A stretch of 64,000 bases of DNA from a virus: positions 1 through 64,000 of IMG/VR virus record IMGVR_UViG_3300044695_006747. One strand, given 5' to 3'. Position numbers and translations under genes: made by a program. Positions 32,005 to 40,900 of the stretch are shown here, piece by piece (position 1 is the stretch's first letter; each line of letters opens with the position of its first letter). A model generated the notes under the pieces. That model did not search any database, was not told where the DNA came from, and saw nothing but the letters and a program-made list of their open reading frames with translations.

Positions 32005-32250
32005 ATGACAAGTAATCCAACTATTATTATTAGATCTACTCCTAGATATGTTTCTATAGTAGGAAATAATCCTAATATTTATCTGCCACCAGCTGCTGCT
32101 CCAACAGCAGAAAATAGCATAGGAGCACCAGGAGAATTAAGATATGATACTCAAGCACTATATGTCTGTGTGTCTAATAACTTTTGGAAAAAAATAGATT
32201 TGTTAAATTTTAGCGACCCTTTGGATACTATTGATGGCGGTGATATATGA
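32005..32250 (+). CDS. Small virion/fibre-associated protein
   Basis: GELRYDTQALYVCVSNNFWKKI motif; ends IDGGDI. Confidence 0.55.
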   Translation: MTSNPTIIIRSTPRYVSIVGNNPNIYLPPAAAPTAENSIGAPGELRYDTQALYVCVSNNFWKKIDLLNFSDPLDTIDGGDI

Positions 32251-32768
32251 CAGACTTTGCTTCTTTACTAGGACCATCTTTTAAAGGACTATTTAATAGT
32301 GCTATAGACGGAATACTAGACTCAAATGCACTATCTGTTGAGTGTAAGCTATACTATGATACAACAGACGCTATTTATTGTAATAATTGTGTATTTGATC
32401 CTATCCTAAATAAATCCTTTAATAAATATAATAGCACAGGACCACTTAATTTCCCAGAGGGCTCAATTTGTCCTGTTTGTGGAGGATACGGTAAAATATT
32501 ACATGACACCACAGAAAATATCTATATGGCTATGATATTTGACAGTAAATATTGGATGAATTGGGGACCAAACTTTATTAATATTCCGAACCTCGCCGCT
32601 CAAAGTTTATCTCCTATTAGTATGATGCCAAAAATTTTAAATTCTAGTAAATTAGTTATTGTTAATGTGGAACAGTATGATAATGGGTCGTACTCAAAGG
32701 CTGGTCAGCCAACACCTATGGGACTAGGAAACCATAATTATATTCTAACTAATTGGACAAGACCATGA
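32247..32768 (+). CDS. Putative head-closure/neck protein with two CxxC motifs
   Basis: CNNC and CPVC; position in the neck module. Confidence 0.45.
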   Translation: MTDFASLLGPSFKGLFNSAIDGILDSNALSVECKLYYDTTDAIYCNNCVFDPILNKSFNKYNSTGPLNFPEGSICPVCGGYGKILHDTTENIYMAMIFDSKYWMNWGPNFINIPNLAAQSLSPISMMPKILNSSKLVIVNVEQYDNGSYSKAGQPTPMGLGNHNYILTNWTRP

Positions 32769-33409
32769 ATATAACTTTAAAAATATTAGAAAGCGATAAA
32801 CAAATTAATCAATTAATATTAAATGAATTATCACAACAAATATCAAAAATTTTTTCAAAAAGCTCAAAAATTATTCTTAATAAAGTTAAAGAACTAATTA
32901 GATCAGTTATAGTCTCGCAACCAGAATATTCTGCTCTTAAAAGTGGATCATTGAGACTAGAGTTGGGCATACCAGACACGACGGTTGTTGACAATATAGT
33001 TTCATCGCTATCAAACACAACAAATATTGAACTAAAACCAATAAAAATATCTGGAAATAAATTGTCTGGAGGATTTTTAATAACATTCTTAGACGATGCA
33101 CAATTACAAAGTATTATTGATAGTCCAGATGGTATGGTAAACGATGCTAAGGGTTATTCTTTGCCATGGTTAAAATGGCTCCTGTCAGAAGGGGTCAAAC
33201 CAATAGTAAAAGGCTACAGCGTTAGAATAGGTCCAAACAGAGCCTCAAGAACAGGTATGGCTATCATGGTGAATTCAGCATCTTCGTGGAGTGTTCCTGC
33301 TCAGTTTGCTGGTAACAAAACTAATAACTGGATTACCAGAGCAATAGGAGATATTGAGGATAATAGAATATCCTCTATAATACAAGAGGAGGTAACCAAA
33401 AATCTATGA
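32753..33409 (+). CDS. Putative neck/tail-completion protein
   Basis: Synteny; LPWLKWLL motif. Confidence 0.4.
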   Translation: MDKTMNITLKILESDKQINQLILNELSQQISKIFSKSSKIILNKVKELIRSVIVSQPEYSALKSGSLRLELGIPDTTVVDNIVSSLSNTTNIELKPIKISGNKLSGGFLITFLDDAQLQSIIDSPDGMVNDAKGYSLPWLKWLLSEGVKPIVKGYSVRIGPNRASRTGMAIMVNSASSWSVPAQFAGNKTNNWITRAIGDIEDNRISSIIQEEVTKNL

Positions 33410-34371
33410 GCTGCGATATACCGGCCACATTTCATAATGTGCAATCATTAAACGACACATTCTATATTTCATCTGTGGAAGAAAATCTAAAAAGTTTTCT
33501 TGATTTTGGTTTTTTAAATATTGGTGGTTTTATTAATGTAAATATTCCTACTAGTGGATTATATGGTAATAATTTTCATGTATTAAAAAATACTACTGAT
33601 CCAGGATATACAGGGAATAAAGTTTGGCAAACGCCCAAAAAAAATTGGGTATGGGAATCTGGAATATCTTATAATGGATCATCTCCTAAAAATATTAGTG
33701 GAGTTATTGTTAATGGAGTAGGATATCCAGCACCAACAGGAAGTGGATCCGTAACATATTCTTTAGATTATGAAAATGGAAGAGTAGTCTTTAACTCATC
33801 TTTGACTACAGCATCATCCGTACAAATGGCATATTCTTACAGGTGGTGCAATGTTTTAAAATCTAGCGATAATAATGGATGGCAATATTTACAACAATTG
33901 TCATATCAGCCCAGTAATAGCATGAATACTAATAATAAAGGAGACAATGCTATATTGGCCAATCATAGATTACAAATGCCAGCTATAGTCATAGAAACCA
34001 CAGCTAAAAATAATGATATTCCTTACGAGTTGGGATCATTAGTATCTTATAGGCAACAGGACATATTATTACATATTTATACTGAAAATATAAATGATCT
34101 TAATAATATTATGGACATAATTAGATATCAAAAAGAAAAAACCATACAACTATACGATATAAAGAAAGTTGTCAATTCTGGTGTTTATGGATTAAATGCT
34201 AATGGATCTAAAAATTCAAATGCTTTAAATTATAGTCAATTAATTAATAATACTACTTTTCATTGGAATAAAATGTATATCAAGGATATCAGCTTCTTGG
34301 ACATTCAAAAAAACAACACTTCGAATAATTTCTGGTGTATAATTAGGTTAACTTCCGAAATTATCTTATAA
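33406..34371 (+). CDS. Putative tail terminator / structural protein
   Basis: Directly upstream of the tail tube; QMPAIVIE and DILLHIYTE strands. Confidence 0.45.
   Translation: MSCDIPATFHNVQSLNDTFYISSVEENLKSFLDFGFLNIGGFINVNIPTSGLYGNNFHVLKNTTDPGYTGNKVWQTPKKNWVWESGISYNGSSPKNISGVIVNGVGYPAPTGSGSVTYSLDYENGRVVFNSSLTTASSVQMAYSYRWCNVLKSSDNNGWQYLQQLSYQPSNSMNTNNKGDNAILANHRLQMPAIVIETTAKNNDIPYELGSLVSYRQQDILLHIYTENINDLNNIMDIIRYQKEKTIQLYDIKKVVNSGVYGLNANGSKNSNALNYSQLINNTTFHWNKMYIKDISFLDIQKNNTSNNFWCIIRLTSEIIL
34334..34345 (+). promoter_or_regulatory. Putative late-promoter motif GGTGTATAAT
   Basis: About 50 nt upstream of the tail tube gene. Confidence 0.45.
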
Positions 34372-34390
34372 CAGTTCAAGGGGTTATATT

Positions 34391-35449
34391 ATGGCAAATA
34401 ATCGTATCTACTACGCTATTCAAGCTGTCAAAATGAAGCCATGCCAAACAAACGATGGCGGCACATCATATACATATGCAAGTACTGAAAGAGTACTTAG
34501 AGGTATTCAAAGTATTGGTATTACAAGTAATTTTAATCTTGAACAGGTTTATCAGCTTGGACAAGTTGAACTATACGATCAAGTAGAAGAAGTACCAGAT
34601 ATCGAAGTAACATTAAGCAAGGTAATTGATGGTACTCGTTTAGTTTATAACACTGCTAATGATGGTAGTGCTTATGGTAGTAGTAATGGTAAAAATCTAG
34701 CCGAACTAACAAATCGTAGATGCGACGTGGCTCTTGGTATTTGGGATGATACACGTTTTATCACTAGCGGTAGCGCTGATTATTATGTTGTTTGCACAGG
34801 TATGTATGTATCAGCAGTAACATATAACTTTGTTACCGATGGTAATCTTTCAGAAGATGTTACTCTAGTTGGTAATCATAAAAAGTGGAGCTTAGCTACT
34901 GGCGGCGGTATTGCTAGTTTTAGCAGTGGTATCGGAACCACAGCAGAAACCAAACGAGTTGCTCGTAGATGGTCATTAAGTAGAGAAAATACTTTACTAC
35001 CAAGTGGTACTGGTGGTGGTATCAGAGGCACATGGGGTAGCGGACTACACGTTAATAGCATGACACTGAGCACAACTCTTGGTCGTGAAGCTATCAACGA
35101 ACTTGGTCGTAGAACACCATATTATCGCTACGTATCCTTCCCAGTTGAAGTTACAGCAGAATTTGAAGTAACAGCAACAGAAGGAGATAATGTTGATGCT
35201 GATGACTTTGAAACACAAACAGGTTGCGAAGCCGCAAAAGCAACCAATTTAAGAGATCATGCAATCAAGGTTGTTGTTTGTGATGCAAACGTAACACCAG
35301 CAGCAACAGGTTATGTAATCGATCTTGGTACTAAGAATAAGTTAACTAGTGTTAATTATACAGGTGGTGATACTGGAGGTGGTAATGCTACGATAACATA
35401 TAGTTATCAAACATTCAACTTCTTTACAGTTGCTAGTCCAGCAGTATAA
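34391..35449 (+). CDS. Major tail (tube) protein
   Basis: MANNRIYYA start, GIQSIGITSNFNLEQVYQLG, INELGRRTPYYR; biased codons; position before chaperones and tape measure. Confidence 0.72.
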   Translation: MANNRIYYAIQAVKMKPCQTNDGGTSYTYASTERVLRGIQSIGITSNFNLEQVYQLGQVELYDQVEEVPDIEVTLSKVIDGTRLVYNTANDGSAYGSSNGKNLAELTNRRCDVALGIWDDTRFITSGSADYYVVCTGMYVSAVTYNFVTDGNLSEDVTLVGNHKKWSLATGGGIASFSSGIGTTAETKRVARRWSLSRENTLLPSGTGGGIRGTWGSGLHVNSMTLSTTLGREAINELGRRTPYYRYVSFPVEVTAEFEVTATEGDNVDADDFETQTGCEAAKATNLRDHAIKVVVCDANVTPAATGYVIDLGTKNKLTSVNYTGGDTGGGNATITYSYQTFNFFTVASPAV

Positions 35450-35493
35450 TAAGATATACATTAGTTAGCACAAGACAAAACAGGAGGACCAAA

Positions 35494-35643
35494 ATGGACA
35501 ACAATGAATATCTATTTACTATTATTGGTAAATTATATGCAGATATGCATAATGCTCAAAGGATTATAGAAGTTTTACAGACAAAAATTAAAGAAAAGGA
35601 TCAGGAAATTGTTGATCTTAAAAAGGATATAAAGAATTATTAA
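35494..35643 (+). CDS. Small coiled-coil protein, 49 aa (MDNNEYLFTIIGKLY...)
   Basis: Hand-translated; GGAGG RBS. Confidence 0.6.
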   Translation: MDNNEYLFTIIGKLYADMHNAQRIIEVLQTKIKEKDQEIVDLKKDIKNY

Positions 35644-35649
35644 TGCACA

Positions 35650-36681
35650 ATGGATCATTCGTTAGTATCTTTATTGATACACAGAATCGGCTCAGGAAAA
35701 TTTTATTTTACTCACAAAGATTGTGAATATGTTTTTTTACAGCCATCTAGCGATATAAAATATAGAGCCGAGTTAATATATCAAAATTATATAGAAGAAA
35801 ATAAATATAACTATAACTGGTATAAAGAAAATATTACTAAATTATTAATATATTTATCTCTATGGAATGATAGTGATCAAAAATATTTAGATGAATTAGA
35901 AAAAAAAATAGAAAATATTAAATTAGATATGTATTTAAGTAAACTTAATAAAGATAAAATTAAAAAGTATAAATCGGAACTTAGCAAAACTAAAGAATCC
36001 ATTAATAAATTACTTAATACAAAACATTGCTTGGACTATCTAACAATAGAGGATGCTGCTAGTAATGCCAAAAATGAATTTACTATGATTAATAGTATAC
36101 ATTTTAATAATAACAATCTAGATCGTGTTTTTTCTAAAAATATAAGTGATATATCGTATTCTCATTTTAATGAAATAGCGCTACATGTTGGATCTAATCT
36201 AATTTCAATTGAAGATTACAAAAATGTTGCTCGTAGTGAACAGTGGAAAGCTATTTGGAATAGTAATAAAAATAATCTTTTTAATAAAAGCGCTTATGAT
36301 TTATCAGATGAACAAAAAACACTAATTAGTATATCAAATATGTATGATAGAATTTATGAACATCCAGAATGTCCAGGAGACGACGTAATTAATGATGACG
36401 ATATATTAGATGGATGGATGATATATCAAAGAAACAAAGCTGATAAGATTAAAAAACAAAATAGTGCTCAAGAACTAGCTAATAAACATAAAAATGCTAA
36501 AGAAATTTTTGTTGTTGCAGATAAGGAGGATGTTAATGATATATTAGATTTGAATTCTAGTGTATCTTCATCTATTATAAAACAAAGACGTGGACTAATT
36601 AGAAACTCAAAAGAAGGTGTGGACGAGGTAAATCTGCCGGATGTGCAGATGGAACTGTTGCAAAAAATTAATAAAAGGTAA
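35650..36681 (+). CDS. Hypothetical protein (tail assembly region)
   Basis: 343-aa ORF; HPECPGDDVINDDDILDGW motif. Confidence 0.65.
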   Translation: MDHSLVSLLIHRIGSGKFYFTHKDCEYVFLQPSSDIKYRAELIYQNYIEENKYNYNWYKENITKLLIYLSLWNDSDQKYLDELEKKIENIKLDMYLSKLNKDKIKKYKSELSKTKESINKLLNTKHCLDYLTIEDAASNAKNEFTMINSIHFNNNNLDRVFSKNISDISYSHFNEIALHVGSNLISIEDYKNVARSEQWKAIWNSNKNNLFNKSAYDLSDEQKTLISISNMYDRIYEHPECPGDDVINDDDILDGWMIYQRNKADKIKKQNSAQELANKHKNAKEIFVVADKEDVNDILDLNSSVSSSIIKQRRGLIRNSKEGVDEVNLPDVQMELLQKINKR

Positions 36682-36687
36682 TTTATA

Positions 36688-37002
36688 ATGAACAATGATA
36701 AAATAAATTATGCTATACAAATAGCAGCCAAAAGACTAGAGACTACTATGATAGGAGCTTTGGCACGATTTGAAACAAGTTTTGGACACCTATGGGGACA
36801 TCATAAGGATTTTGAAGAAAAGCTCACTGAAAAAGAAGAATATTTCGATAATGTTTGGCAAGATTTAAGAAATAATATTCTTAATCATGGCAATAATCAA
36901 ATCCGCGGACTTCACACAGATTTGCAAAAATGTTTAACTGATAAACCAATAACAAAATATGAATATAAATTTAATACGAAAATAAAGGAGGACGATCAAT
37001 GA
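36688..37002 (+). CDS. Hypothetical protein
   Basis: 104-aa ORF in the operon. Confidence 0.65.
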   Translation: MNNDKINYAIQIAAKRLETTMIGALARFETSFGHLWGHHKDFEEKLTEKEEYFDNVWQDLRNNILNHGNNQIRGLHTDLQKCLTDKPITKYEYKFNTKIKEDDQ

Positions 37003-37898
37003 ATTCTAAAAACTTTACAGCAACAGTTGATGGTAAGAATATTGAGCTTACAGTAAGAACACCATCGTTACAAGATCAACGAGAGGGTCAAAAAGTTTAT
37101 AATCAGGCTTTCACAGATGCTATTAAAAGCAAGAGCGTAGTACGAGCAAAACTGGACGATCTATTACAAGAACAGGGCTTGTGGAACGACGAGAAACAGG
37201 CTAAGTTCACATCTCTGCAAAAAGAACTCTTAGACGGAGAAAAAAGACTAGCTAAGGGTGGTTTCGGTATTAAAGAGGCTAAATCATTAGCTTTGAAGAT
37301 GAGAAATGTTAGAGATGAAATAAGAGATCTAATTAGTGTTAGAACTAGTTTAGATAATCATAGTGCGGAAGGACAAGCAGATAATGCTAGATTTAATTAT
37401 TTAGTATCAGTCTGTGTGGTGTATAAAGATACTAATGAACCATATTTCAAGAGTTTGGAAGAGTATCTAAATAGCGCTGATAATCCAGTTGCTATGTTAG
37501 GTGCCCAAACACTGGCCACTATGGTTTATGGATTGGATAACAATTTTGAGAAAACATTACCTGAAAATAAGTTTTTACAAAAATATAAGTTTGTTGACGA
37601 AAAACTTAGACTTATAGATAAGCAAGGCAGATTAACAGATGCAGAAGGTCGCTTAATTGATGAAAAAGGCAGATACATTGATGAGCAAGGTAATTATGTT
37701 GACAAGTTTGGCAACAAGGTTGATAAAGATGGCGAGTACCTTATCGACGCCGAGCCATTCTTGGATGAGGATGGAAAGCCAATTATTCTAGAAGAAAATA
37801 AAGCACAAGCTAAGGAAGAGGTAAAACAGAATGAAACGACTGTTACTAAATCAGTGTCAGACACATCTGTTACTTCTAGCACCACAGTTGATTCCTGA
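36999..37898 (+). CDS. Putative tail assembly chaperone
   Basis: Directly before the tape measure gene; GGAGG RBS; C-terminal DxxG repeats. Confidence 0.5.
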   Translation: MNSKNFTATVDGKNIELTVRTPSLQDQREGQKVYNQAFTDAIKSKSVVRAKLDDLLQEQGLWNDEKQAKFTSLQKELLDGEKRLAKGGFGIKEAKSLALKMRNVRDEIRDLISVRTSLDNHSAEGQADNARFNYLVSVCVVYKDTNEPYFKSLEEYLNSADNPVAMLGAQTLATMVYGLDNNFEKTLPENKFLQKYKFVDEKLRLIDKQGRLTDAEGRLIDEKGRYIDEQGNYVDKFGNKVDKDGEYLIDAEPFLDEDGKPIILEENKAQAKEEVKQNETTVTKSVSDTSVTSSTTVDS

Positions 37899-37923
37899 TA
37901 ATCTGATTATCAATTTTATATAC

Positions 37924-37966
37924 AATAGCACCATATTATCTAGCGATAGTATGGTGTTATTTATTT
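37924..37966 (+). terminator. 17-bp RNA hairpin (terminator or processing site) before the tape measure RBS
   Basis: AATAGCACCATATTATC-TAGC-GATAGTATGGTGTTATT; both imperfect pairs are G-U on the plus strand. Confidence 0.65.
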
Positions 37967-37981
37967 AGGATATAATTTATT

Positions 37982-40900
37982 ATGGCTAAAGGTTTTAATC
38001 TAACGGCAGAACTTAATATAAGAGGACCTAATAATCTTAGGACTGTTGTTTCTAATATTAAAAAACAGGTTGGAAGTATTACAGCTAATATTACTCCAAC
38101 TGTTAATAGAAGTAATATCAGAACCATAGCGACAGATATTAGATCTCAATTAGGTAATATCAATGTTGCTGTGGGTGTTACTGCTAATAGATCCTCAATA
38201 CAAAATTTATCTAGGGATATTAGAAATAGACTATCCGGTATAGATGTACCAGTTTCTGTTAGAATCAATAGAGCGTCTATAACAGCAGCTAGAAGAGATA
38301 TAACTAGACAGCTTGGAAGCATAAATGCAAATGTAAACATAGCAATCAGTGCCACAGCAACTAGAAATGCTGCTGGTTTAAATAGAACTTTAACCGGGCT
38401 AAATCAAACACTAAATCAAACAACAACATCTGCCACCAATGCCGCTGCGGCAATACAATCTTTTGCTGCTGCTATGAGAGGAGCTGCTAGTGTTAATATT
38501 CCAAGAAATATTAATATTGGTTTAAATACTGCAAATACAAATGCAACTAATGCCGCTGCTAGTGTGCAACAACTTGGTGGAGAAGTAGAAAATTTCGGTA
38601 GACAAGCTGGATTAGCTATTCGTAGATTCGCTGCATTCACCACTGTTACGTCAGTATTTTATGGGTTAGCTAGAGCAGTACAGTCTGGTATAACTTCTTT
38701 TATAGATTTTGATAGAGAATTAGTAAGAATATCTCAAGTTACTGGAGATAACATTAGAGATGTTAATAAACTAGCATCAACAGTAACACAATTAGCAACC
38801 ACATATGGTGTTTCTTCAAAAGAGCTTGCTGGAGTATCGTTAACATTAGCTCAGGCTGGTTTAACCGCTAAAGAAACCGATAGGGCTTTGAAAGCGTTAG
38901 CTCTTAGCGCATTAGCACCATCGTTCGATGATTTAAATAGTACAGTAGAAGGCTCTATTGCTCTTATGAGACAGTTTGGTATTAGTACAAATCAATTAGA
39001 GGGTGCATTAGGTAGTATCAATTCAGTTGCCGCCAAGTTCGCTGTCGAAGCAAGCGATATTATCGCTGCTATTCAGCGTACCGGTGGTGTGTTTGCTGCT
39101 GCTAGCAAGGGCGTTAGCGAAGGAACAGACGCCTTAAATGAATTCGTTGCAGTATTCACAAGTATCCGTGCTACAACTCGTGAAAGTGCTGAAACAATTG
39201 CTACTGGATTAAGAACAATTTTTACAAGAATTCAAAGAGGGCCAACTATTGAGGCTCTTAAACAATTTGGTGTTAATCTAACGGATGTTGAAGGTAAATT
39301 CGTTGGAGCATATAAAGCGGTTCAATTACTTAGTGAAGGATTAACAAGACTAGATCCTAGAGATTTACGATTTAGTCAAATTGTTGAAGAACTTGGCGGT
39401 TTCCGACAGATTGGCAAAGTTATTCCACTTATTCAAGAATTTGCCACAGCACAGGAAGCACTAAAAGTCGCGCAGACTGGTTCTGGTTCTTTGGCTGAAG
39501 ATGCAGCAAAAGGACAACTAGCGCTTGCTGTACAAATATCAAAAGTACGAGAAGAATTTGCTGCTTTAATTAGAAGTGTTGGAGATACATCATCTTTTAG
39601 AACATTAGTTAAATTAGGATTAGATTTGGCTAGTTCACTAATACAGGTAGCAGATGCGGCAAAAGAATTACTGCCATTAATAGGAATATTTACAGCGATC
39701 AGGGGTGCTCAAGCTCTTACCAGATTTGGAGCCGGATTCGCTCAAGGAGTTAGAGGCGCTCCAACAAGAGGTTTTGCTAGTGGTGGATATGTTCCCGGTG
39801 TTGGTAATAGTGATACCGTGCCCGCTATGCTTACACCAGGAGAATTTGTGATTCGTAAAAAAGCAGTACAAAAAATTGGTGTTGGCAATCTAGCAAAAAT
39901 TAATAGAAATAGTGGTGGATATATTCCGGAACAATATTTCAATGATGGTGGTCAAGTACAAAGATTCGGGATAGGAGGAGGAGCCAAGAAAAAAGGGGTA
40001 AATTGGAAAAGTCTTATTAAAGGTAGGGGTAAAAAGGGATCTCGCGGACCAAGAGGTAGATTTGATTTACCACAACCCGGAGATGCAGATTTTGCTAAAT
40101 GGCAACGCGAAATATATGCAGAATACGATGCAGATCCGTCTCTTACAAGAGTAAAAGTAAATGGTATACCAATGCCACCAGAAATTGCTTATGCTAATCA
40201 ACTTATAACTGAAGAAGTTTTTGGTGATAATGTTAGAAAAAAATCTGGAAAACTTAAAAAAACACCACTGGGTTTACTCATAAGTGCTGCGAAAATGCCA
40301 CGAGGGCCACGAGCACCAGCCGGTGAAATGGAAAAAATTATGGCTGGTTATCAGCAATCTCCTCAATTTCAAAAAGAAGCCGGAGGGGCAGGATCTTCTC
40401 TATTCGCAACATTAAAAGGACCATTAGCATCATTTAAAAAGGGTGGTACTTTTGGTGGAGTTATAACCCCAGGATCAGATAATGCTACACAAATAAAAGC
40501 AGCTTTGGGTAAATTACTAACTCAATCATCTGGTCAGGATGCTGTTAAAGCTAAAACAGCATTAGATAAATTCGATTCTTTCATTGCTGGTGGAACACCA
40601 GAAAAACCCGGACACGTTTCTCATTTTACCTGGGCAATGAATCAGATATTCAAAAAAGGAATAGCAACATTTGGTAGGGGAGGATCAGCATCCAGAAGAA
40701 TGGGCGTATTTGATTTTGATATGACAACAGGAATAACGAAACAAAAAGAAACGCCAAGCTTATCTGGTTTTAGAGATCCTAAATTAGCAGTACCAGATAT
40801 ACTTGGGGCTTCTCCTACGGGATTATTAGAATTAATGAAAAAATACGGAGCCTCTAAAGTATTAACTGCTAGAAGTGGTGGGCCAAGAGGAGAAATGAGA

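Noticed and set aside
35650-37898. Programmed frameshift in the tail chaperone genes
   Set aside because: No pair of overlapping ORFs with a clear slippery heptamer at the junction was identified
32247-37898. Contractile tail
   Set aside because: No sheath-like gene between neck and tube; only one tube-like gene
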